Source of the DNA: Octopus bimaculoides
Lineage: Eukaryota
Reading direction: 5' to 3'
Length of the DNA stretch: 55,474 bases
Assembly: GCF_001194135.2 (NCBI RefSeq)
Contig: NC_068997.1
Coordinates: 26,902,091-26,957,564 of the forward strand
In this document: piece after piece, positions 1 to 13,100 of the stretch
How positions within the stretch are numbered: the first letter of the stretch is position 1
Layout of the letters: each line of letters opens with the position of its first letter
Translations under genes and position numbers: made by a program
Notes under the pieces: generated by a model
Database searches by the model: none
What the model saw: the letters and a program-made list of their open reading frames with translations, nothing else
What the model was told of the DNA's origin: nothing

Positions 1-34
<34 letters not shown>

Positions 35-596
35 TCACATTATTCTGGGTTGTCCTTCATTCTAGTAAAGTAAAAAATGTTTGTGGATTCATTCATAGTC
101 TGCGGGGATCGCTTTTTTTTAGCATTGTTTGGTTTGCTTCACAGGTGAATCTAATTAGGCTTAGACAATATTGGTGTGTAGTGTTGGGAGGCGTGCGCGC
201 ACGAACACACACACACACACAATATATGAATGATATTTAACTGCCGATTGTCTGAAACCAAAACAACAACATAAAAGTTTTCATGAATGAATTTAGCGGA
301 AGTGTTTAATAGCAGGGAGCAGTGCTTGCGTAGTAAACTGTTACTGGCAGAACTAATATACTTAATGAATAACAATATTCACTTCTCTCCTCTTACATTA
401 CAGAGTTCTCCCTGACACACACGCATTCGCACTGACATGGCTAAGATGGCTCGTCTTTCAACATACGTCACTCGACAGACAGGCCAGCCTCAAAATCTCG
501 ACCCCAATTAAGATCGAACTCAAACCACCTGCTTTGATGGTCACGGAAACACGGCGTGCGGCTATATACAGTATTTTCCAAGCTGATTTTGTGACT

Positions 597-669
597 GCCT
601 CCATAGCTCAGTGGTTAGAGCACTGGTCTTGTAAACCAGGGGTCGGGAGTTCGATCCTCCCTGGGGGCT
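597..669 (+). tRNA. tRNA-Thr, anticodon TGT (630-632)
   Basis: Full cloverleaf: acceptor GCCTCCA/TGGGGGC, D arm GCTC/GAGC, anticodon arm CTGGT-CTTGTAA-ACCAG, T arm GGGAG-TTCGATC-CTCCC, discriminator T; no intron; T7 Pol III terminator at 697-703; TATATA at 563-568. Confidence 0.96.
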
Positions 670-2115
670 GGTACACAGTATATTTCGCTCCGATACTTTT
701 TTTAAAGGTCATTTCAGCTCGTCGAGGTTTTACGCAATTCATTTAACTGTTATTTAATTATACATAAATTATAGGTTTCATCGCTTGAGAGCATGACCTA
801 GAATGGAAGGCTACAGCTGGGACTGAAGCCATATCACACAGACTTCAGCAATATTTTTTTTTCCCTTAACCAATTAAAACAATTTCTTAAATTTGAAATA
901 TTCACACAGATGCAAAGAAACAGGAAACAAGAGATGAGAATGGAAAAGAAAAAGATGAAAAAGGAAAAGTTAGAGGGAGCAAAATAGTTGAAGACGGAGG
1001 GGAAGAGGTGATGAGCCACACATCCCAGAACAAGTGGGGTGCTCAGCCACGCCCCGTAGTAATGACCACGATAGCATTGCCATGGAAAATGGCCAGCGAC
1101 ACTTGCTGCAGTAGCAATTCCACCTTGCAGGGCTCATTTCTCCGACAGGCCACATGTCACACAACTGACAACATGGGGTCTGATTTGACATTTTTTTTAT
1201 CAAAACCCCAGAAGGATGAAAGGCAACTCAAGATGTAAAGAAACATAACAACTAAATATTAAAACTAAATACTGGAAATAGCAGCCAGACCTCTCTCAAA
1301 TCACGCTGTACAACTTTGGACACTTTAGTCCAAGTTGTACATATTTTTTATCAACACAGAAAGGATAAAATCATATTCAGTACTGTTAGTGTTTCTCTCA
1401 CTACTGTACCGCCAATCTGCCAATTCACCCCATCAACATTTCATCATCATTGTTTTTGTTGTCCACTTTTCCATGCCTGCACTGTAGAGTGGTTGGCGTT
1501 TGAAAGGGCATCCAGCAGTAAAAACCATGCCAAAATTAACTTCACCTGTGCTTGTGCCACGTAAAAAGCATTCAGTCCCTTCTGCAGGGTGGTTGGTGTT
1601 AGGAAGGCAGACAGAGTTTAATGAAGCAGAATGAAAGGCAAAGCTGACCTCAGCAGAATGAGTCAGAAGAAATAATGCATAGCATTTCTTTTTTCCAACA
1701 CTCTAACAATTCTGCCAGCTCACTCACCTCACTACAAATGAATAATGCTCAGAGGACAAATGCATGAAGAGTGGTTTCACTACTCAACTCACATTTCAAA
1801 CAAGCTTATCATCTTCATCATCATTTAATGTCCATTGTCCATGCTGGCATGGGTTGGACGGTTTGACTGGGCTGGCACACAAGAAGGCTGCATCAGACTC
1901 TAGTCTGATTTGGCATAGTTTTTTACGGCTAGATGCCCTTCCTAACACTGACCACTCCTAGAGTGTAATGGGTGCTTTTACATGCTACCGGCATGGGTGC
2001 CACTTGCGTGACTCCAGGGTGCATCCTGCAATGATTATGTTTGCTGGCAGAGCGGAATAGCATAGAAACTAAATGCATAGTGAGGCTGAAATAATGTAAT
2101 TATTACTGAACTCAC

Positions 2116-2343
2116 CGAGATAATGCTTCGTTCCACTTGAGTTGGTGTAAAGTCTTGCAGGAGATATTTTGGCAGTTTCCTGGCATTACCATGTAAAGAT
2201 GGAGCACATTTAAAGCTGAATTGACAGCAAAATGGTTCGTGGCAGTGGAAATAGCTTGGACAGCCTCTTGAAGGCCAGTGGGTAAATGACTGGTTTTGAT
2301 AATTAGAAAGTCTGTAGAACTTAATTCCAAATGTTTAGGATAT
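2116..2343 (-). CDS. RTTN: RTTN exon 24 (last exon found)
   Basis: (E)[37 protein letters not shown]...LKWNEALS+CG; ttcag / gtgagt; 228 nt. It ends in a donor, so the gene continues beyond base 1. Confidence 0.92.
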
Positions 2344-5300
2344 CTGAAAAGAAGATTGATGGTACATTATGGAACACAGCATATGACAGAATATGCATCA
2401 TGTGTACAGCAATATAAATTTAGTGTTGATGTGGTGATAGGTATATGTCCTGAAGTAGATGTGTTGTGTCTCAAAATGATTGATCTTTTTAGGGTTGAAG
2501 GTTATCAATGCCCTAAAATGTAGAAGGCTCACCTGCATGAACGCTGGCTACATATACTGTGGATCAATATTTTTTTTCCATGTGTTATGAAAAAAAAATA
2601 GAACACTCCAAGTTTTCTTCCCATTCCTGTCATCTGTATTTTTTTTGGATCTTGTTCAAAATGGGGGCACCAGTATTTTCTTAACGAAACACTTTGAAAC
2701 TTGGGACACTGGTAGAATGTGTCATATAAAACATCTTTTTCTCTTAGTCTTCTTAACAAAAAAACGTACATCGCAAGTTATTTCATGTTAAAGTTGTCGT
2801 ATTTCTGTAATTTCAACCAATGACTGACGTCCATTCAGCCGAATACATTAAGTGCTGACTACGTAAACAAACGATTCTCAAACGATTCTGGCGGTGATAA
2901 AATTATTATTTCCTTGTCAAAAAATGGCTGAAGCATATTGGCAGTAGAGTTAGGGNNNNNNNNNNNNNNNNNNNNNNNNNNNNNNNNNNNNNNNNNNNNN
3001 NNNNNNNNNNNNNNNNNNNNNNNNNNNNNNNNNNNNNNNNNNNNNNNNNNNNNNNNNNNNNNNNNNNNNNNNNNNNNNNNNNNNNNNNNNNNNNNNNNNN
3101 NNNNNNNNNNNNNNNNNNNNNNNNNNNNNNNNNNNNNNNNNNNNNNNNNNNNNNNNNNNNNNNNNNNNNNNNNNNNNNNNNNNNNNNNNNNNNNNNNNNN
3201 NNNNNNNNNNNNNNNNNNNNNNNNNNNNNNNNNNNNNNNNNNNNNNNNNNNNNNNNNNNNNNNNNNNNNNNNNNNNNNNNNNNNNNNNNNNNNNNNNNNN
3301 NNNNNNNNNTTTTTCTGTTCTATAACACAAAATAGATAAGTATACAAAGTTTGAAAGTCTTTCGGTACCAAAAACACTACATAAAACATTAATGAAAACT
3401 GGTGCCCCCATTTTGAATAAGATCCTTTTTTTTTTTTTGTCATGCTGATTCACAATTAGTGTCAGCAAAAATAATAATGAACTCTCCAGGGTTTGTTGTT
3501 TTGTACTAGTAACGGGAGTCAGTTTAATTGACTTTCCCCTTCCCTTTAAATTGCTGGTCTTGTGCCTTAGCATCGGGCAACATGCTTTGCAGCATAGAGT
3601 TATGACCCATTACGTTCTGAGATCAATCCCACTGAGATTAGCTTTACCTTTCATCCCAACAGGGTCAATAAAATAAAGCACCAGTAATGGACTGGGCCAC
3701 TTTAATCCACTTGTCCTTCCCCACAAATTGTTGGGCCTTGTGCCTAAATGAGAAATTATTAAAAATTTTTTAGGCTGTCATCCTTGATTTTTAAAAAAAA
3801 AACAGAATTAGTTATTTAGTTTATATATCCTATTTATTTTATAACATATGGAATTACTTGTAATGTTCTTTTTTTGTCATGTATATATGTTTTTAACGTA
3901 AAATAAAATTACTATCAGATTCTCCAGCTGTTGTATCAATGTGAATAGCTTACAATAAAATTTCACCAGAGATAGATTATCAAAATAAAATTTAATAGGT
4001 GGGGAAGGTTGGAATAAAAGCGGTGGGGAGGGGTCGTCTGAAAAATTAATAAGGAGGGGATGATTATTCAAGACCCCCAGAGTACATGACGGGCTTCTTT
4101 CAGTTTCTGTCTACACAAGGATTTGGTCAGCCGAAGGCTATAGTAGAAGACACTTTCCCAAGGTGCCACACAGTGGGACTGAACCTGGAACCACGTGGTT
4201 GGGAAGCAAGCTTCTTACCACACAGTCACACTTTATACCCTCCGTTAAGACCTTTAAACATGTCTCCCACTTCTCTTCCTAGGTGCATTGCTTCTCTGTT
4301 GAGCTCCTCGTTAGTCATAAGTCCTTTCATTCTAATAGTTTCTTTCCCCAAACTGCTACTCACTAGATCTCACTACCATTAATTTGTTTTCCTCTGGACT
4401 ACATTTGGTCCTTTAGGCTTTATGACAAAATATTTCAAAAACTTTATTAGCTTATACGTTTTAATAAATGATTTCTGCATATTTTTACATGTATTTCATT
4501 TTGCATTTCAGGATTGGTTTTAAGTATTTTTTTTGAATGCTTTAAATGAAGGCACGTGGCTTAGTAGTTAGGGTATTTGGCTCTCAGCAGTGCATTGCAT
4601 ACTTGAACAAGACTCTTTATTTCCTGTTGCTCCAGTTGACTCAGCTGGTAAAGACGAGTTATACCTGTATTGCAAAGGTCCAGTTTTCTTCCTGAGAATT
4701 ATGTTAAGGGTATGTGTGTCTGGAGTGCTCAGCCACTTGCACATTAATTTCACGAGCAGGCTGTTCTGCTGATCGGATCAACTGGAACAATCATTATCAT
4801 AACTGATGGAGTACCATTACTATGCTTTTAAATGTTTGCTGAGACTGACATAAAAATCAAATAAACTGACTTTAAATGTTTGTTGGCATAAAAATCAAAT
4901 AAACTGACTTCATAAAAACAACATAAAGTCAAGAAAAGATGTAACTTCAAAATGACATAAACTGAGGTGTGCTTGCAGACATTTCAAATAAATGAAACAA
5001 AATAAAGAAGTGAATGAGAGTCTGAAAATACAGAGATTACTTACTCAACAACTGTTTCTGATGATGTGGATGAAGTTTGTCCAAATTGTACAAGGCCATT
5101 GATACCATGATGCCAGGCAAAGTTCCAAGCAAATCGAATCATTTCTTTGAGAGATGGCGTGAGTGGATCTAAAGTGGAATATTCCGAAGAATAAATAGAG
5201 GTACTCTGGGGATGTACAGGAGGTTTGTATGGGAAGTTGTATCTGAAAAATTGAGAAAAGCTTATAAATATATTTTGTAGAGTAGCTCAGTTTAATGACA

Positions 5301-7071
5301 GTTGTTAGTAAAATAAGAATTGGTAAATTTTACAAAAGGAGTAAAATGTAGGGAGTATCTTGTGGGAGTACTGAGTAAGAGTAGTAGTTGCTAACCGATA
5401 AGAAATAACACAAATTACACCCTACTGTCTTAACCCTTTTGATACTAACCAACCCAAGACCACTTCTGCTTCTGTGTTGCAAACTTTCTATATAAAGTGA
5501 TCTAAATTAAAATTCCATATTAATTTATGTTCCTATTACCAGATTAATAATGACCAACATATTTTAGTAAATTCTTTATTATTTTCAAAATTAATTGATA
5601 CAAATGCAGCATAGTTCAATGGAAGTATAGTAACAAAAGGGTTAAATAAAAAAAAAGAACTCATTAGATACTGTAGTCCTAGGAAAGCAGAATGGTCATG
5701 GCTGAAATAGCTTTGAGCATCAATCTTTGCAATTAGAGCTGACCTGAGTTCAAACAACAAGGTATTAAAACAAAAATACTACTACTACTACCACTATTAA
5801 TGATGACAACTCTAGTACCAAGTCAAATAACACTGTTGATTCAAGCCAATGAGGTCATCTGCTTGACTATTAAACCTGCAAGAAATAACATCCAAATCTC
5901 CAGTAAATCCCAGCCATAAAGAGATACATTGGATACGGTTAATAGCAACATCATTTCCATGTCTATTATTTAACATTGGCATGGGATAGGTAAGTGATGA
6001 TGGACTGAGTTAATTTTCATTCAAACTTACTGTCCTCCTCAATTGGCTGAGGTCCACTAATGCTTGTGCATTTCATTCTCAGGGCTGGATGCCCTACCTA
6101 CCACCAACCACTTAATAAAGTGTACTGCATACATTTTACTATGGCACTAGCACTGGAGAAGTTGTTTTGCCTCTAACAGCACACTGGTGTACCGTAGAGC
6201 CATCAAGAGAAAGGCCCCAAAACTGCTCACATTCTCTCCTGATGACTCCTAAACTTACTGGTGTCCAGTATGCAGAACTTTCAATTGGCAGCATTGGTAT
6301 AAGCAAGCTGTTTCCAAATCTCCTTATATCACATCCATTTATTCATTTGCTCTCCAGTACCAGAGGGGTTTGACTCATCTCCAGCAGGTAGAAGAGAAGG
6401 TGGTGAAGAAGGACCAGAGCAAGAGGATGATAATTGTAGACATGCAATACTCAAGAGGAGGACAGAGTTGTCATGGCTCCATCAGAGCTGACCTGGGGCT
6501 AAACAACACATTCTGGACATGAGACACTTCTGTCAAAATCTCCCTGTGTAACAATAAATCCAAACTCCAAAATATAAATACATAAACAAAAGAATATACG
6601 CAAATAAACACCTTTTATAGACAATATAAATATATTAACACAATATACACATCTTTTACAGACTATATAAACAGAATATACACATCTTTTACACACAATA
6701 TATAAATATATAAAAATATACACATTTTTATACAATATAAACAGTATATACATACTTTTTCCACACAATATACATACATAAACAGTATATACAACTTTTG
6801 ATATATAAACAGAGAATACACACCTCTTACACACAAAATAAGGCATCGAAAACTTGATGAACTTTGTTTTTTCATCTGGCGATTTACAACTGAAATTAGA
6901 TTTTATACAGATTTTATATACAAATATACATACATACATACATACATAAACATCATCATCACCAAGACAGTAGCTTAACTTAAAAGTTAAATCGTTAATG
7001 AAAATGTTAACTTCATTAATTAATGATTAACAGATGAACGGATTTACACCCAGCGCTGTATATACATACAT

Positions 7072-7112
<41 letters not shown>

Positions 7113-10100
7113 CATACACATACATACATATAGACATACATCATACAAGCACATTTATATACCTACATACACACACATAAGTACATATTTACATACCTAC
7201 ACGTACATACACACACACTATTCATTCATTTTCCATGCTAACATAGGTTGGATGAGGACATATGTGAGGCAGGATTTTAAAGTTGGATGCTCTTCCTGTT
7301 GCCAATCCTTATCCATTCTTCATATGAAATATATTACACACACGTGTCTGTATATTGTGCACATGTATGTATAAGAAACAGGTAAATCACTTAATGCTAC
7401 TTAATGTTTGATGCAATCATTCAAGTGACATTTACAGAGGTCTTTTAGATAAAAAAAAAAAAATTACACATACGCTGCATCTGAGAGAATCACTTCGTCA
7501 AACAAGAGAAAGGTCAAGATTTTGGTGACCTCATATTTTAAGGATTCCTCTTGGTCATGTAGCAAAGCAACTGAAAAATAAAAAAGGACCTATATTAATT
7601 GTCAAAGCAACATAGAGATAGAGAGGAAAGTAGTGGAGGGAAGAGGTAGAAAATAAATTGTAACCTTTCTTAATGCAGGGACAGGATCACAAACCTTGCT
7701 GGGTAAGGATGTAGTTCATTGCATCAATTTTTGTACACAGTTAGCATTTATTTTATTAATCTCAGAATGATGAAAAGTCCGTCTTAGCAGGATTTAAACT
7801 CAGAATTCGAGGGAAGGGTGATGAAACAAAATATTGATTTCTAGCATAGGCCCAGAAGCAAACATTTTAGTGGTCTAGTATAGTTGGTATGTCAACCTCG
7901 GTATATAACTGTAAATTTATTTTATTAATCTCCTACGTCCAGAAGAGAGGAAGGTAAAGATGATACTCAGTTGGGTGATATAACTGAGTATTAAAAATAA
8001 ATTCATTATTGTAGGGAACAAAACGAACACATTTAAGGGACAGCTGTAGTTCTACTTATCATGGTAGGGGACAAACCTAACATTTAAGGGATAACAGTAG
8101 CCCTACATTTTCTGGTAGGGAACAAACTTAACATTTAAGGAACAGATGTAACCCTACACATTATGGTAAAGGACAAATCTAACATTCAAAGGAAGTTGTA
8201 GCTCTACATACTATTCTAGGGGACAAGCCTAACACATTTAGGAGACAACTTTAGCCCTACATATGATAAGGGACAGACCTAACATACTGAAAGGACAGCT
8301 GAAACCCTACATAATATATCATAATACATATAATAGAGGGACAACTTCAGTACAAACAACTAAAGCATTCTTTTGCAAGACTGCAAACAAATATCACCAT
8401 TTGTATTGACTTTTTTCTGTTTAGTTTTTGTTTTGATTCAATATCAAAATACAAATTTAGTCTTTGATTAAATCTAAACTAACTTTGAACTTTGTCTTGG
8501 GGCAAGGATGGGGTCAATAAATTAAGTAGCAGTCCAGGGTGGGAGATTAGTATGAAATGGCATACAGCATCTGTTCTAGCCCCTTCGCATTCTAAATTTG
8601 AATTCCACATCAGTGCTGACCATGAGAACACTGCACCCAACCCACAGCTAGCAGACACGTAGGCCTATAACCAGAATAGATAAGCTTGCAGCAGCATGCT
8701 ATGGCTTTCATCCAGTAATGTAGATTGACATCTGAATGGCATGGCAATCAATGATCAATATAGTAGGAAAAGAAAGAGATGGAATCAAAAGAGAACTGAC
8801 CTCGTAGCAAGCTGTAGTATAATTCTTCTTTGTCCTTCAGTCGATGTCTTTCAGTACTGTTGTATTGTAAAATCACAGACAGAATATTCACACAACAAGG
8901 AAGAAAGATGTTGTAGTTAATGAGTCTCTGCTACAGGGAAAAGAAATTACAAAACACACAAAAAAAAAAAATTAATGCAAAATTAACAGAAAATATTACA
9001 AAGTGGAAAGATTCAAACGAGAGATTTTTAATGAAACAGTCCAAAGTGCTAACAATTCTGCCTTAATAACAATGATTTCAAATTTTACCTCAGATGAAGC
9101 TTGTTCTTTTAAAACACTTTTATGGATATAGAACAAAATTTCTTCAATGCCACCAAGTTCTTTGAAGATGTTATGAAGATTGTGATCTGGAGAGTAATAA
9201 TGGACAAAGAATGTGAAAAACAGAGGCGAAAGACATTTGACAGAAACTGACATTACGAACAAGATGGTAGGTGAGGGAAGAATGAGTAGTTTGACAGGCC
9301 GATTTTGTGGTGGATTTAATGACTTATGTCTTCACATCATTAGCAGGTTTGTATATTGTTTGGGGATGCTCACACTGCTAGAAATAGCAGTCAAATCTCT
9401 CTCAACTCCCACTGTATGATTATAAAAAAAAAATGGAGTGTGAAATTTGATAATGTAATTATAGATACATGATGCTGGAAATAAAAACAAAAAAATGACC
9501 GGATAGTCACAGCCGGAACACCTTTAATCAAAAGGTGGGTGGAATTTGAAAGAAGTTAGTCATGTGTGCGTATGTGTGTGCATGCATGTATGCATGTTAC
9601 TGTCTCCTTGTCTTGATATAACATAATAGTTTAACAAGCATGATCACCATACAAGCAGTGTCCGTTTCTAATATTCCATGGAAACATGTCTGGCAATGGG
9701 TCAAATATTGTCATCCTTGGAAACAAGTGAGGGTTGGTGACAAGGAAGAGTATCCAGCTATAGAAAAACCTGCCTCAACAAACTCCATTTCACATGTGAA
9801 AGCATGGAGAAAAGTGGATGTTAAATGATGATGATGATGACAAAAGACTTAAAAAATAGATTAAAGAAGACATATAATACTTTTTTATGCAGAGATTGCC
9901 AGGAGCATGGCATGTATTTCAAAGATTCCTTAATAATAAAAAGATTCAGAATAACGAATTAACCGAAGAATTTAGGGAAATAATTTTGACTATTAAGCTG
10001 GGGTTAGGTTTCAATTTAGTGTTCAGATTGCTCTGTGAAATGTAATGCTTCTTTATTCACATTGTTTTAAATTAATTATGCATTATCTCCATAGCTTTGA

Positions 10101-13100
10101 GACTTCAGAGATGTGATTGTTTATTTTTAAAATGACATTGTAGTATAGGTGGTTTGAACATAAAACAGGGAAAATATATGGACTGGATATGGCCTGTTTA
10201 AATACTAAAGGGTTAGATCCTTTTAAAGCAAGAAGCTTCTATTATGGAACCAGGGGCAATCTCAGGCAGGTTGGTTTCAAAAGAATTAAAAAATCTCATA
10301 CACACACACACACAGATATGTAACTAGAGAACAGTTTCACTTTAACAAAATTTGCAACGACAACATGATGGTGTTGATGGAAAGAATATGAGAACAGTAC
10401 AAAGTAGATGTTTAAAGTAATCTGAGAAAAATTATGCAAACTTACCAAGTAACATAATAGCAAGCTGTTCAAGAGCTGACTTCTTCATTTCTTCATCAAG
10501 TGTCTTGGAACAGAATATGTTATACACTTTGGTTACATCATCAGCCTAGAAACATAAGACATGCATAGATTTTATATATATCATCTTTCATCTTTCATCT
10601 TTTACTTGCTTCAAGGCAGGTAGCCATAAATGGGGGGAAGGGTGTAATGTCAGTTGATCAAGATTCTGCAAATAAACCATTTTCCAAAATAATTATTGAT
10701 TTCTTATTTTTTTACTGCCCACAAGGGGCTACACACAGAGGGGTTAAATAATAATTATTGATTTCTAAGATGGAGACAAAGGCACAATTTTACTTTTGGG
10801 AGGTGATGAGGACAGAATAATCAGTTAAAAGTTAAAGTTGGCTTTACCATGATTGGAACTCAGAACAAAGACTAAACATTATAAGGCTTAGTTTGGTGAT
10901 CTATTGATTCTGCTAGTCTACCACCCTAACCTAGAATCACAGAAATACATAAAGTTAACTTACATTAAAGACTGAGGTCTTTTGTTCCAACTCCAACTCC
11001 AAGAGCTGTAAACATGGCATGGAGAAGAAGTTTGGTAAGTCGGGTATCTTGAGGTCATTCACCTGGGGTAGCTTCAACTCCTGCTCCTTCTCATGACAGA
11101 TGAACCACAGCAGGTGTGTCACAGCCTCACAACGAACTCTGAAATAAACAAGTACAAATCACAATCACGACAAAATTAAAAAGGAGAGGAACCGATACAT
11201 GATCATTTGACCAGCTAGAAATAGTAGTCAAATCTCTCTCAAATCATATCAACATCATCGTTTTCCATCCTTTACTTTTCCATGCTTGCATGGGTCAGAT
11301 GTAATTTGTTGAGGCAGATTTTCTACAGCCAGATGTCCTTCCTGTCACCAACCATCACTTGTGTCCAAGCAAGGTAATAATTTCCTTTAGCCAGACATGT
11401 TTTTCAGAGATTGGCAAAAGTGATGCTCATTACAACAATCATCACATGATGTCAAGACAAGGATACATACAAACACACACACACACATATATGATGGGCT
11501 TCTTTCATTTTCCCTTTTGCCAATTCACTCACAACACTTTCATGGCCCAGCACTACAAAAGCAGATACTTGCTCAAGGTGCTACACAGGAGGATTGTACA
11601 TGACTGATAGAGCTGAAATTATAATTCTCAGGGAGATGTATCAGACCAAGGAATGTAGTAAACCTACTTGCTGTTAGGTGAGAACATAAGTCTTAAAACC
11701 CCTCGGAACTTCTCACAGCGAGGTAAGGGTGTCGGTCCACTTTCTTTATTAGGCTCCACCATTCCAAGAATGCAATATCCAAGAGGGGTTTCAGTCTCAG
11801 CATATGACTACAAATGAAAACAAAATAGCTCCATGTTAACCAGTTATAACATAATTCTGTTGAATGTAGTAGATGTGCATGCATGTGTGTGTGTATGTAG
11901 ACAAAGTTTTGTCCACATGTGCATCTATGTGGGATGTGCCCATGCCACATAAAAGCACTCAGCACATACTGTAAAGTGGTTGGCATTAGGAAAAGAACAT
12001 CCAGTCATAGACACGAAGCCAAATCAGACTGGAACCTGGTGGAGGTCTCTGGCTTGCTCTGGTCAAACTATCCAGCCCATGCCAGTGTGGAAAATGGATA
12101 TTAAATAATGATGTGTGTATGTATGTGAAGGAGTGTAAATGTGGGTCTATGTCCTCTGCTGGTTGGACAGGATTCAATGGGTTCAAGGACTGTATTGACA
12201 TGGGTTGGACAGTTTCACAAGAACCAATGAGGCCCAAGAACTGCATTGTGCTCCAATGTCTTTTTTGGCATGGATTCTATTGCTGGGTGCCCTTCTTAAT
12301 GCCAATCACTCTTACAGTGTACTGAGTGTTTTTCATCATACCACCAGCACTAGTGAGGTTGCTATGCAAATGTAAATGTGTATGAAGGGGTAGAGGGGCC
12401 AGGAGGAAGGCATTGTGCAAATAGCCTTCACAGGAACCGCCAAGAGAGTGACAATGAAAAGTTACATGTCCATGCAAACATGTATGTGTGTAAGTGCATA
12501 TATTTATATAAAGATGTGTGTGATGTGTGTGTATATAGATATGCATAGGCATGTGCGTCTATAAATACATACGTGTATGTGTGTGTATGGATTTTTCTGC
12601 AAGTGTGGCAACACACGTCAATGTGTACATACAGTCTGAGTGCATGTGTGTGTGTGCGCATGCACTCATGTGGAGGGCTAGGTGAAATATGCCAACAGTA
12701 AAGACATGTCTCTGAGATAAGACCAAAGTAACATGGACAGGTAAGATAAAAACTGAATACTTTTAATGTTCATAATATACACATCTCAGTGTAATATGGT
12801 GGTGGTGGTGGTAGTGGTATTAGTGTCACAGTCTAGTAATATCAGTGGTGGTGGTGAAGCTTCAGTGTGGTGTGTGTAGCGTCAGTGTGGTGTGTGTAGC
12901 AGAGGTACTAGTATCAACAGTAGTGGTGGTTGTTGTAGTAGTAGTAGTATTAATGGGAGTGATGATGGGATGGCAATGGTAGTAGTAGCAGTGGTAGCAA
13001 GAGTAACAGATGTATCAAGTTACAAAATATAGTAAAGCAATATTTACCTGTAACAAAGGCAAAGATTTGGCCAAAGTAGCGATGAATTCTTGCCAAATAT

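Noticed and set aside
151-375. 74-aa minus-strand ORF as possible RTTN exon 25
   Set aside because: No resemblance to the expected next RTTN segment and no convincing splice-site pair.
768-802. Hairpin with GUC...GAAAC resembling hammerhead helix III on the minus strand
   Set aside because: No CUGANGA box and too little intervening sequence.
970-1238. GC-richer island with overlapping 76-77-aa ORFs
   Set aside because: No recognisable homology or splice sites; probably an old repeat remnant.
2859-3573. Long ORFs containing X runs (also 16021-16831, 27687-28010, 31625-31961, 39404-40195)
   Set aside because: Artefacts of translating N gaps.
8011-8320. Regularly spaced repeats superficially like a CRISPR array (also 47500-48010, 54103-54295)
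   Set aside because: Eukaryotic intronic context, no unique spacers (whole units are homologous) and no cas genes.
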